Of a stretch of 64,000 bases of DNA, positions 26,863 to 35,859 are shown piece after piece (positions within the stretch are counted from its first letter, which is position 1; each line of letters opens with the position of its first letter). The notes below the pieces were generated by a model that was not told the DNA's origin, did no database searches, and saw only the letters and a list, made by a program, of their open reading frames with translations. The stretch comes from Bacteroidales bacterium (GTDB lineage Bacteria; Bacteroidota; Bacteroidia; Bacteroidales; UBA1402). Position numbers and translations under genes: made by a program. The DNA lies in contig JAZQNO010000032.1 of the NCBI GenBank assembly GCA_045627385.1, forward strand, positions 16,956 through 80,955. Direction: 5' to 3'.

Positions 26863-28263
26863 ATGAAAATTTCATTTCATGGAGCGACCCAAACGGTCAC
26901 CGGTTCAAAACATCTCATCACCCTGTCAAACGGCAAGAAGATCCTGTTGGATTGCGGTATGTATCAAGGCCTTGGTTCCGATACCATGCCCATGAACGCC
27001 GATTTGGGATTTTCTCCCTCCGAAGTCGATTACATGGTGCTGTCGCACGCCCACGTCGATCACAGCGGCCTGATTCCGCTCCTGGTCAAACTGGGGTTCA
27101 AAGGGCCCATCTATATGACCGCCGCCACCAAGGATCTGGTGGAGATTCTGCTGAAAGACTCGGCCTACATCCAGGCGAACGATGTGAAATTCATCAACAA
27201 GAAGCGTTTCGCCGAAGGACGCGAGCCGATCGAACCGCTCTACACCGTCGACCATGTTCTGACGGCGCTCGACCTCATCGAAACGGTGCCATACGAAGAG
27301 CCTTTCGTCATCGACGAAGACATCACGCTTCAACTGTTCGAAAACGGTCACATCCTCGGTGCAGTCACGGTATTCCTTACAATCAAGGAAAACGGAAAGA
27401 CCACCCGCATCGCCTTCAGCGGCGATGTCGGCCGCTTCGGCGACTACATTCTGAAATCTCCGGTCCCTTTCCCCCAGGCGGACTACATCATCATCGAATC
27501 CACCTACGGCGACCGCCTTCATCAGAAAGCCGGCGACAACGAAAGCCGTCTGAACGAAATCATCCGTCACACCTGTGAGGAAAAGAAAGGCAAACTCATC
27601 ATTCCCGCCTTCAGCGTGGGCCGTACCCAAGAACTGCTGTATGCGCTCAACGACATGGAGTTGGACTACAATTTGCCCGATGTGAAATACTATGTGGACA
27701 GCCCGCTTTCCACCTCGGCAACCCGTGTGGTCAAAAACCATCCGGAATGTTTCAACCGTCTGGTGCGCAGAGTGATGAAATACGACGAAGACCCCTTCGA
27801 TTTCCGCGGTCTGCGCTATATCGAGGACAAGCGCGAGTCACAGGCCTTGAACTCGTCCAAAGATCCCTGTGTGATCATATCGGCCTCCGGCATGGCTGAG
27901 GCAGGCCGCGTCAAACACCATATCGCCAACAACATTTCCAATCCGCGCACGACCATCCTCATGGTGGGTTATTGCGAACCGCAGTCTTTGGGCGCACGTT
28001 TGAAACGTCATCCCGACGAGGTTTCCATTTTCGGCCAGAAATTTCCGGTGAAAGCGGAAATCGAATCGATTGATTCCATGTCCGCCCATGCCGACTACAA
28101 CGACTTGTGCCAGTATCTCTCCTGCCAAGATGCGCAGGAAGTGAAGAAGGTGTTTGTGGTGCATGGAGAGGAAAATGCGCAGAAAGCCTTCCGCGACCGG
28201 CTGGTCAAGAAAGGCTTTCTGGATGTCATCATTCCTCGCAGACATGAGGAATTCGGCCTGTAA
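26863..28263 (+). CDS. MBL-fold / beta-CASP RNA-metabolising metallo-hydrolase
   Basis: MKISFHGATQTVTGSKHLI.., HxHxDH block LSHAHVDHSG, beta-CASP and C-terminal SAHAD motif (MSAHADYNDL). Confidence 0.85.
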   Translation: MKISFHGATQTVTGSKHLITLSNGKKILLDCGMYQGLGSDTMPMNADLGFSPSEVDYMVLSHAHVDHSGLIPLLVKLGFKGPIYMTAATKDLVEILLKDSAYIQANDVKFINKKRFAEGREPIEPLYTVDHVLTALDLIETVPYEEPFVIDEDITLQLFENGHILGAVTVFLTIKENGKTTRIAFSGDVGRFGDYILKSPVPFPQADYIIIESTYGDRLHQKAGDNESRLNEIIRHTCEEKKGKLIIPAFSVGRTQELLYALNDMELDYNLPDVKYYVDSPLSTSATRVVKNHPECFNRLVRRVMKYDEDPFDFRGLRYIEDKRESQALNSSKDPCVIISASGMAEAGRVKHHIANNISNPRTTILMVGYCEPQSLGARLKRHPDEVSIFGQKFPVKAEIESIDSMSAHADYNDLCQYLSCQDAQEVKKVFVVHGEENAQKAFRDRLVKKGFLDVIIPRRHEEFGL

Positions 28264-29151
28264 TCATTCGATTAAGAGTCGCGACTGATAACTTTTGTGG
28301 TAGGTGGTCGTGATTCCTTTGTAAGTGATTGCGTGCCAATCGTCCGGCTGAAGTTCTACACCGATCTGGAAAGCGTCGGCCGAGCGGCTGCTGTCGAAGG
28401 GTTCTGCTGTCATGTCGATTTTGCCCTTGGTCCATGTGGGCAGCGTGTTGCCTTCGATGGCTTCACTGATGTCGAAATTGATGAAAGCATAGGGGTCGTA
28501 GCGGTTCAGATCGTAGTTGTGGTCATACACCAGCAGGCATCCTTTGCCCGACACTTTCCAGCTCTTGTTGAAAAGGATGCCGGGAAGTACCTCTTCCTGA
28601 GACATTTCGTAGACGATGCTGATATACGATTTGACGGTATCTCCGAAGTCGGAATCCACCTGCCATTTGGCCGAATCCAGACAGGAAACGCTGAGAATGG
28701 AGTGATTGGCCAGTTCGTTGACGATATTCACCTGATACGAACTTTTTGTCTGCACCTCGTCGCCCTCGGCCAAAGGATAGACCACCTTCCACCGGTTGCC
28801 GGGAGTTTTCAAATTCAGACCGTCGGTCTCAATGATGGCGTGCAATATATTGGTGTTTCCCAAATAACAGGCGAAAAAACCGTCCTTCAGTTTGGTCATA
28901 CGGAAGTTGTCGATGTAAAAACCGGCTTCCAGCAGGCTGTCGTTCGAAGCCTGTCCGCTCACGTCAAAACTGTGGACCAGAGCGAAGATATCAGTGATGT
29001 CGTTGAATTGAGCGCGCCAGCTGGTATAGACAGATTCGCCCCGATAGGTCATATCGCCGGGTTCTTCAAATTCGAGATTCACAACCGAGCATGAAGACAC
29101 GCCGAATGCCAGGAGCCCGCCAAGAGTCAGTGCAATGATTGAATGTTTCAT
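28264..29151 (-). CDS. Hypothetical lipoprotein (295 aa)
   Basis: Signal peptide + lipobox MKHSIIALTLGGLLAFGVSSC. No family recognised by eye. Last gene of a three-gene cassette. Confidence 0.7.
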   Translation of the reverse strand: MKHSIIALTLGGLLAFGVSSCSVVNLEFEEPGDMTYRGESVYTSWRAQFNDITDIFALVHSFDVSGQASNDSLLEAGFYIDNFRMTKLKDGFFACYLGNTNILHAIIETDGLNLKTPGNRWKVVYPLAEGDEVQTKSSYQVNIVNELANHSILSVSCLDSAKWQVDSDFGDTVKSYISIVYEMSQEEVLPGILFNKSWKVSGKGCLLVYDHNYDLNRYDPYAFINFDISEAIEGNTLPTWTKGKIDMTAEPFDSSRSADAFQIGVELQPDDWHAITYKGITTTYHKSYQSRLLIE

Positions 29152-29162
29152 AGCGATAATCT

Positions 29163-29789
29163 TTAAAAGCGATAACCAAGACCGGCATTGAAGATGCCTT
29201 TGACACCATAACCCAACTCAAGGGTTCCGTACAGACGGTTCCCAAAACGCAGGCCTACGAAAGAAAACTGTGGAAATACACTGAGTTCCGTCTCGCTGAT
29301 TTCCATACCCCACAGATAGTTTTCCAAGGGATCGTAACCGTTGCGCAGTGTCAGCAGCATTCCCATCGAGACTTGCGAATACATGGCAAACTTCCTGTAG
29401 TTGATAAAGGTGAATCTGACCGACGGGCCCAGATAGAAGAAGGAGCGCGAAAGGTCTCCAAGTTTGTCATCGGAAGGCATTTCGTAAATGCCGCCCCGGC
29501 TGGTCTGGAAAGAAAACTGACCGCCCACCTGGAACCAATGGAACAAAGCATAATGGTAGGACAGATTGACCATAGGACTTTCGAAATCGAATCTGCCATA
29601 GCAGTCGTTCGAGAACCAGTCGCGTGTGTAATACGAAACAGGCTCCAGGCTGTAGTCGGTGTTGAGTGGAGTGAAATCGCCGATACTCAGCTGAAGTTCG
29701 TGTCTCCGATAGGGATAGTTGGCATCCGCCGCCATAGTCTGAAGCAGACTGGCCAGGCACACAACCGAAACAATCAGAAATTTTTTCAT
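29163..29789 (-). CDS. Small outer-membrane beta-barrel protein (OmpW/OmpA-barrel-like size)
   Basis: Start trimmed to MKKFLIVSVVCLASLLQTMAA. Alternating hydrophobic beta-strands; C-terminal ..NAGLGYRF aromatic terminus. Confidence 0.7.
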   Translation of the reverse strand: MKKFLIVSVVCLASLLQTMAADANYPYRRHELQLSIGDFTPLNTDYSLEPVSYYTRDWFSNDCYGRFDFESPMVNLSYHYALFHWFQVGGQFSFQTSRGGIYEMPSDDKLGDLSRSFFYLGPSVRFTFINYRKFAMYSQVSMGMLLTLRNGYDPLENYLWGMEISETELSVFPQFSFVGLRFGNRLYGTLELGYGVKGIFNAGLGYRF

Positions 29790-29834
29790 ACAGATGGTGT
29801 TTGTATCAGTCAAGATGAGACAAAGGTATAAACG

Positions 29835-30722
29835 TTACTGTTCAATATCAAAATTAACATCTTCAAAACCACAGATTTCGGTGGAGATTTCGCCCAACTG
29901 GCCCAATGATTCCCGGAGAGCGGTGTAAACTTTGACGAATCTGATTTTTTCCAATTTTACGGACTTGCCTGCGGAATCCACGGCCCAGCCGATGTCGAAA
30001 CAGCTGCCCGGTCCGTCGTTGGGAAGGTTGTCGGCATATCCCCATGCGAAAGAATCGTGGTAAAACTGTCCGTTCTCTTCATAGGCGTTGGAGGCAAGAC
30101 GCGCTCCGGTGAACACCAGAGAGTCGGCCGACTCCCACAAGGGATAATAGGATTGGTCGTGGTAAACGTTCCGCAGCACGTATCCGCTGTCACCCCGGTT
30201 GTCTTTCCATAATATGTCGGCCAGATTGTCGGCCGGTCTGTAATAGACACAGCGGTAATCGTGGACCGTACCTGTAGCCGAGTATTCGCTTCCGGCAAGC
30301 TCGTACCAGGGGTCATCGGGAATCGAATTGCCGTTTTCATCGGCAGAAACCATCACAATCCCAGCCTCGCCGGAACCGCTGAAAGCGTTGCCCAAAACGC
30401 GGAAATCGAAGGTGTCGGGCAGATTGACGACATCATGGTCGAAAGCCACGACAATGTATCCGCCCCAGGCTCCCAAGCTGATCATGTTGCCGTTGCGTTT
30501 GCCGCAGATGGCCTTGTCGGCCTCCTCGAGCATGTCTTTCCCATCTTCCCATGCGGGCAGCACGTTGACAAACTGCCCGGGAGCGGGGCAGTAGGCCCAG
30601 ACCTTGGCGGCGTAGGGAGACAGACTCTGCGCCGATTCGACGCCTTCATGATTGCACGCCGTCAGCAGACACCCCGAAAGCAGGGCGCCGACAGCCGGCA
30701 ATATGTGACGTGACAGATTCAT
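29835..30722 (-). CDS. Hypothetical lipoprotein (295 aa)
   Basis: Start trimmed to MNLSRHILPAVGALLSGCLLTAC (lipobox). The remainder is conserved-looking but no family was recognised by eye. Confidence 0.7.
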   Translation of the reverse strand: MNLSRHILPAVGALLSGCLLTACNHEGVESAQSLSPYAAKVWAYCPAPGQFVNVLPAWEDGKDMLEEADKAICGKRNGNMISLGAWGGYIVVAFDHDVVNLPDTFDFRVLGNAFSGSGEAGIVMVSADENGNSIPDDPWYELAGSEYSATGTVHDYRCVYYRPADNLADILWKDNRGDSGYVLRNVYHDQSYYPLWESADSLVFTGARLASNAYEENGQFYHDSFAWGYADNLPNDGPGSCFDIGWAVDSAGKSVKLEKIRFVKVYTALRESLGQLGEISTEICGFEDVNFDIEQ

Positions 30723-30783
30723 GAAAAGATGAAAAAAGCAACCCCGAAAAATCGAGATTGCTTTAACGGTTGTCGGACAGGTC

Positions 30784-30951
30784 TTATCCGAGATGAATTG
30801 CTTCGGAAGGGCAAGCATCGGCACAAGTACCGCATTCTGTACACATTTCCGGATCAATCTTATAAATATCACCTTCAGAAATGGCACCTACGGGACACTC
30901 GTCAATGCAAGTTCCACAAGCAACGCAATCATCACTAATAACGTATGCCAT
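30784..30951 (-). CDS. 2x[4Fe-4S] clostridial-type ferredoxin (55 aa; below the ORF-track size cutoff)
   Basis: Hand translation: MAYVISDDCVACGTCIDECPVGAISEGDIYKIDPEMCTECGTCADACPSEAIHLG*. Two CxxCxxCxxxCP motifs. Confidence 0.85.
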   Translation of the reverse strand: MAYVISDDCVACGTCIDECPVGAISEGDIYKIDPEMCTECGTCADACPSEAIHLG

Positions 30952-30997
30952 AATATAATTTTTTTTGGAGGACGGACCTCCGGTTAATAATCAAGGG

Positions 30998-31005
30998 CAA
31001 AAGTA
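30998..31005 (-). promoter_or_regulatory. -7 box TActTTTG upstream of the ferredoxin gene
   Basis: Reverse strand TACTTTTG ends 46 nt upstream of ATG 30951. The 5' UTR holds hairpin GGAGG-TCCGT-CCTCC (30968-30982). Confidence 0.4.
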
Positions 31006-31101
31006 GCAGAAATTTTGTGATGGCCGAAATCTTTTACAATAAATCCTGAATTTTTTCGTTTATCCTCCTGTCTGTCCCGTTGGCAGACAACTTTTGACGG
31101 T

Positions 31102-31815
31102 ATGAACGTAAAGAATCTGTATGCCCTTCTCCTGGCCCTGACACTCGCTTGTCTGACGCTGAACGCCCAAAACAGGCAGCGTCAGTACCTGCAGTATGAG
31201 GATCTCAGACCCTATCATTTCGGATTCTTTGTGGGCTTCCACACACAGGATTTTCAGATCGAACATTCGGGAATGGCCGACGAAAACGGCCATATCTGGT
31301 ATGGAGAAGTGCCGGCCTATACGCCCGGTTTCAGCGTGGGCGTGCTGGGCGATTACCGTCTGTCGGATGCGTTCAGCCTCCGTCTCGAGCCCAGCCTGCA
31401 TTTCGGCTCCAAGGAAATAAGCCTGCTCAGCGATGCGCCCGGCAGCGAAGTGGTGACGGCCAACATCCGTTCCAACTACATCATGGTGCCGCTGCTGGTG
31501 CGCTATCGTGGCGCCCGCTCAGGCAACTACCGTCCGTATCTGATGACCGGAATCAGTGTCGGTCTCGATGCCGGCATCCGCAAGAAAGAAGAAATCGAAC
31601 TGAAAAAACTGAACGCCTATTGGGAGTTCGGATTCGGTTGTGACCTTTACATGCCCTATTTCCGCCTGGTGCCCGAATTGAAACTGTGTTTGGGCTTGGA
31701 CGACATTTTCGAGCACAACAGAAGCGGAGAAAGCTCTTTGGCTTTCATCCATTACACCAATGCTTTCGAACGGATGACTTCCCGACTGGTCGTTTTGTCT
31801 TTCCAGTTCGAGTGA
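31102..31815 (+). CDS. Outer-membrane beta-barrel protein, tentatively PorT/SprT family (T9SS-associated)
   Basis: 237 aa with signal peptide ..LACLTLNAQ, early YHFGFFVGFH block, NYRPYL block and C-terminal VVLSFQFE. The family assignment is from memory of PorT-like proteins and was not searched. Confidence 0.55.
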   Translation: MNVKNLYALLLALTLACLTLNAQNRQRQYLQYEDLRPYHFGFFVGFHTQDFQIEHSGMADENGHIWYGEVPAYTPGFSVGVLGDYRLSDAFSLRLEPSLHFGSKEISLLSDAPGSEVVTANIRSNYIMVPLLVRYRGARSGNYRPYLMTGISVGLDAGIRKKEEIELKKLNAYWEFGFGCDLYMPYFRLVPELKLCLGLDDIFEHNRSGESSLAFIHYTNAFERMTSRLVVLSFQFE

Positions 31816-33639
31816 TCACATCCTTTCAGGCACGTCGATACCCAGCAGGTACATGCCGTCCCGTATGATGCGGCCGATTTGTGCGGAGAGGAACAGGCGG
31901 AAGCGTTTCAATTCTTCGTTTTCCTCTCTCAGAATCGAGCAGTCGTGATAGAACTGGTTGTATTCTTTCACCAAATCGTAGACATAGTTGGCAATCAGAG
32001 CGGGACTGTAGTCCTCTCCGGCCTGTCTGACGACGTTGGGGAATTCGTTTGCGTTCTGAATCAGCGACAGTTCTTTCTCGTTGAGCTCACAGTGGATTTC
32101 GCCCAAACGGTCGAACGAGATGCCCTGTTCGCCGGCCTTTCTCAAAACGGACTGGATGCGAGCATAGGCATATTGGATGAACGGACCGGTATTGCCGTTG
32201 AAATCGATGGATTCGCGCGGATTGAAAGTCATATTCTTGCGTGGATCGACTTTCAGGATGAAATATTTCAGCGCGCCCAGGCCGACCATGCGGACAATGG
32301 CCTCGGCTTCTTCCGGAGTGCAGGCGTCCAATTTTCCCAACTGTTCCGAGGTCTCACGGGAAGTGTTGACCATCTCGGCGATCAAATCGTCGGCATCCAC
32401 CACGGTGCCCTCACGCGATTTCATCTTGCCTTCAGGCAGTTCCACCATACCGTAGGAGAAATGCACCAGACCTCTTCCCCATGAGAAGCCCAGACGGTCG
32501 AGCAGGATGGACAAGACCTTGAAATGATAGTTCTGTTCATTTCCGACCACGTAAATCATCTTGTCGATGGGGTATTCCTGGAAACGCAGGTTGGCGGTGC
32601 CGATATCCTGCGTGATATAGACCGAAGTGCCGTCGCTGCGCAGCAGCACCTTCTGGTCGAGACCTTCATCGGTCAGGTCGGCCCAGACCGAACCGTCTTC
32701 CTTGCGGAAGAACTGCCCCTTTTCGAGGCCTTCCAATATCTTGTCCTTGCCCAAGAGGTAAGTGTTCGATTCGTAATAAATCTTGTCGAAGCTGACGCCG
32801 AGCGTGCGATAGGTCTCGTCGAAACCGGCATACACCCAGTCGTTCATCATTTTCCAAAGCGAGCGGACTTTTTCGTCGCCTGCTTCCCAAGCGCGCAGCA
32901 TGGCGTGTGCTTCGGCCATCAGAGGAGAGGCTGCCTCGGCCTTCGCCTTGGCTTCTTCTTTGCCCTTTTCATCGAGGGAATCATAGTCGGCGGGCAGCAG
33001 GCTCTTGACTTCTGCCTTGAAATGCTTGTCGAAAGCCACATAGCAGTCACCGATCAGATGGTCGCCTTTTTTGCCGGTGGATTCGGGTGTGGCGCCGTCG
33101 AACCATTTCTGCCAGGCCAGCATCGATTTGCAGATGTGGATGCCGCGGTCATTGACGATATTGGTCTTGACGACGCGGTTGCCGTTGGCTTCGAGAATGC
33201 GGCTCAAACTGAATCCGAGCAGGTTGTTGCGCACGTGACCCAGATGCAGCGGCTTGTTGGTGTTGGGCGATGAATATTCCACCATCACCAGAGGCGAATC
33301 CTGATCGGCTTTGCGATAACCGAAATGCTCTTCTTTGGCCATAGACTCCAGACATTCAGTCCAATAAGCCGACGAAACGCTCAGATTCAGAAATCCCTGG
33401 ATGACATTGTAAGCCTTCAGTTCAGGGGTGTGCCCCAACAGCCAGGCACCCATCTCTTCCGCGCAGTCGGCAGGCTTTTTGCGTGCCACCTTGACGAAGG
33501 GGAAAACCACGAGGGTCAGATCGCCTTCGAATTCCTTCTTGGTCTTTTGGAACTGGATACTTGAATCTACAGCCTGGAACTGGTATAACTCCTGCAGGCA
33601 TTCTTTGACTTTAGCGGTCAGAATCAGTGAAATGTCCAT
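31816..33639 (-). CDS. argS: Arginine--tRNA ligase
   Basis: 607 aa. Class I HIGH block SSPNTNKPLHLGHVRNN, KMSKS-like GKMKSREG, C-terminal anticodon-binding domain ending ..GIDVPERM. Confidence 0.95.
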   Translation of the reverse strand: MDISLILTAKVKECLQELYQFQAVDSSIQFQKTKKEFEGDLTLVVFPFVKVARKKPADCAEEMGAWLLGHTPELKAYNVIQGFLNLSVSSAYWTECLESMAKEEHFGYRKADQDSPLVMVEYSSPNTNKPLHLGHVRNNLLGFSLSRILEANGNRVVKTNIVNDRGIHICKSMLAWQKWFDGATPESTGKKGDHLIGDCYVAFDKHFKAEVKSLLPADYDSLDEKGKEEAKAKAEAASPLMAEAHAMLRAWEAGDEKVRSLWKMMNDWVYAGFDETYRTLGVSFDKIYYESNTYLLGKDKILEGLEKGQFFRKEDGSVWADLTDEGLDQKVLLRSDGTSVYITQDIGTANLRFQEYPIDKMIYVVGNEQNYHFKVLSILLDRLGFSWGRGLVHFSYGMVELPEGKMKSREGTVVDADDLIAEMVNTSRETSEQLGKLDACTPEEAEAIVRMVGLGALKYFILKVDPRKNMTFNPRESIDFNGNTGPFIQYAYARIQSVLRKAGEQGISFDRLGEIHCELNEKELSLIQNANEFPNVVRQAGEDYSPALIANYVYDLVKEYNQFYHDCSILREENEELKRFRLFLSAQIGRIIRDGMYLLGIDVPERM

Positions 33640-33687
33640 TGTCTAGTCTTCTTGAAAATCAGGCGCGAAGTTAGAGATAAAACGGCG

Positions 33688-33719
33688 AAAAAAAAAGGTC
33701 CGGCCACTTTGGCCGGACC
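33688..33719 (-). terminator. Intrinsic terminator of the HU gene
   Basis: Reverse strand GGTCCGGCC-AAAGT-GGCCGGACC followed by 9 T. Confidence 0.75.
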
Positions 33720-33742
33720 TTTTATTGTAAGAGTGGACCCCC

Positions 33743-34015
33743 TTATTTGATCTTGGCAGCAAGTTCGGCACCGGCTTTGAATTTGGCGACCTTCTTGGCG
33801 GGAATCGTGATGGCTTTCTTGGTGGCGGGGTTGATACCCTGACGAGCAGCCTTTTCAGATACGGAGAAGGTTCCGAAGCCGACGAGAGCCAGCTTGTCGC
33901 CCTTGGCGAGGGTTTCACCAACGGATTCAACGAATGCTTCAACAGCAGCCTTTGCAGCGGATTTGGTCAAACCGGCCTTTGCGGCGACGGCTTCAATGAG
34001 TTCACTTTTGTTCAT
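33743..34015 (-). CDS. hup: HU-family DNA-binding protein
   Basis: Start trimmed to MNKSELIEAVAAKAGLTKSAAKAAVEAFVESV..FGTFSVSEKAARQGINPATKK (90 aa, canonical HU). Confidence 0.9.
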   Translation of the reverse strand: MNKSELIEAVAAKAGLTKSAAKAAVEAFVESVGETLAKGDKLALVGFGTFSVSEKAARQGINPATKKAITIPAKKVAKFKAGAELAAKIK

Positions 34016-34200
34016 AATAGAGTAGTTTAAAGAGTTGATAAAAATGGATTGTCGAATTGAGTGCAACAAATAAAGCGTAAAGTTTTGACAACCACAAGCG
34101 AAACGAAGTTTTTTTTCAATTTTATTCAGAAAAAAAGATGTCATTTGCTAAAAAATCGCGCTTTTCGGTCGGATTCTGGCGGAAAACACCTCGATTTCGC

Positions 34201-34208
34201 TATCTTTG
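34201..34208 (+). promoter_or_regulatory. -7 box TAtcTTTG upstream of the rhomboid-1 gene
   Basis: TATCTTTG lies 15 nt upstream of ATG 34224. Confidence 0.4.
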
Positions 34209-34223
34209 TATCTTCTAAACAGA

Positions 34224-34991
34224 ATGTCAATGAGGAACGGAAACAATTTCTGGACAATGACTCCGACCGTCACCAAAAATTTGATAATCATCAATTTTCT
34301 GGTGTGGCTGGCTTCCGTGCTTTTCCCCGTTCTCGAAGATGTCCTGGGCCTCCATTACGTGCGTTCGGGCGACTTCCGCCTGTTCCAGACATTCACCTAT
34401 ATGTTCATGCACGACAACCACAGCATCGCTCACGTGTTTTTCAACATGTTTGCCGTGCTGATGTTCGGACGCATCCTGGAGCAGGTCTGGGGACCGAAAC
34501 GTTTCCTTATATTCTATATGGTGACCGGAATAGGGGCCGGACTTATTCAGGAAATCACCTGGGCCATCGACTTGGAACCCTTCATTCGCGACATCGACGG
34601 ATATGTCGCCACCGGTCGCCTGGGTTGCCTGACCAAATTCCTGAATCTTCAGGACGGGGTGGCATATCCTGCCGAACAGCTCTATGCCGTACGTGACCGG
34701 ATTGTCGACGGCGTAGTCACGGTAGGCGCTTCCGGAGCCGTTTTCGGCATCCTGCTCGGTTTCGGCATGCTCTTCCCCAACGCACCTATCTATATCATGT
34801 TCATACCGATTCCCATCAAAGCCAAGTGGATGGTCATCGGATACGGCCTGATCGAACTCTTCGGCGGTGTGGCCAACTTTTCGGGCGACAATGTCGCTCA
34901 CTTCGCCCACCTGGGAGGTATGCTGTTCGGTTATTTTCTCATCAGATATTGGCGAAAGAAAGGAATAGGAAATGGCTTCTTTTTGGGATAA
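34224..34991 (+). CDS. Rhomboid-family intramembrane serine protease
   Basis: Start trimmed to MSMRNGNNFW. Multi-TM. Catalytic GASGAVFGIL and HFAHLGGMLFGY. Confidence 0.85.
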   Translation: MSMRNGNNFWTMTPTVTKNLIIINFLVWLASVLFPVLEDVLGLHYVRSGDFRLFQTFTYMFMHDNHSIAHVFFNMFAVLMFGRILEQVWGPKRFLIFYMVTGIGAGLIQEITWAIDLEPFIRDIDGYVATGRLGCLTKFLNLQDGVAYPAEQLYAVRDRIVDGVVTVGASGAVFGILLGFGMLFPNAPIYIMFIPIPIKAKWMVIGYGLIELFGGVANFSGDNVAHFAHLGGMLFGYFLIRYWRKKGIGNGFFLG

Positions 34992-35859
34992 TCTCAAGGC
35001 CCGCTACCAGTCGGGCGACGTTGTGGTCAAACTGATATACATCAATGTGCTGGTCTTTCTTGTCCAGGCATTGTTTCTGTTTGTCTGCAAACTGTTCGGC
35101 CTGAATGCCGGCATCTCTCTGCTTTGGCTGAAACTGCCGGCCAGTTTCGGCGCGCTTCTTCTGCGACCTTGGAGCCTGTTCACCTATATGTTCTTGCATG
35201 GCGGACTCACGCATCTGATATTCAACATGCTGTGGCTCTACTTCTTCGGCCGCTGGTTCCTTCGTCATTTCGATGCCCGGCAATTGCTGACGGTCTATCT
35301 GCTCGGCGGTCTGATGGGCGGAGCCTTCTATATTCTGGGCTTCAATTTCATCCCCTATTACCGCAATCTGGTCGAATCGAGCACCCTGGTAGGCGCTTCG
35401 GCCGCCGTTCTGGCCCTGACCCTCGCGCTTGCCTGCTACCGGCCCGACGAAGAACTCAATCTCATGTTCTTCGGCCGCATCCGAATGAAATGGCTGGCTG
35501 TCGTCATGATAGTCATCGACATTCTCAGTCTGACGGGCGACAACGGCGGCGGCAGTCTGGCTCATTTGGGCGGTGCGCTCTTGGGCGCCATGTACGGATT
35601 GAGCGCCCGCCGCAGCACATTCTTCCAAGGCTGGTTCTCCAAAAGTCCGAAAAAGTCGAAAGCCCGGAATACCGGCAGAAAGTCTTATCATAGCGGTCAC
35701 AACGAGCAGGCCAACATCACTGTCGATCAGGAATACCGCGACATGCGAAAAGCCGAGGAAGACCGTCTGGACAAGATCCTTGACAAAATCAAGACCTCCG
35801 GTTACGACAGTTTGACCAAAGAGGAAAAGACATTCCTGTTTGAATCCGGAAAGCACTGA
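34972..35859 (+). CDS. Rhomboid-family protein (second copy) with charged C-terminal extension
   Basis: 295 aa. GASAAVLAL (Ser retained) and LAHLGGALLG (His retained). Overlaps the upstream rhomboid gene by 20 nt. Confidence 0.8.
   Translation: MASFWDNLKARYQSGDVVVKLIYINVLVFLVQALFLFVCKLFGLNAGISLLWLKLPASFGALLLRPWSLFTYMFLHGGLTHLIFNMLWLYFFGRWFLRHFDARQLLTVYLLGGLMGGAFYILGFNFIPYYRNLVESSTLVGASAAVLALTLALACYRPDEELNLMFFGRIRMKWLAVVMIVIDILSLTGDNGGGSLAHLGGALLGAMYGLSARRSTFFQGWFSKSPKKSKARNTGRKSYHSGHNEQANITVDQEYRDMRKAEEDRLDKILDKIKTSGYDSLTKEEKTFLFESGKH

Noticed and set aside
34972-35859. The second rhomboid gene as a possible pseudogene or inactive duplicate.
   Set aside because: The catalytic Ser (GASAA) and His (LAHLGG) are retained and the frame is intact. 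It is treated as functional.
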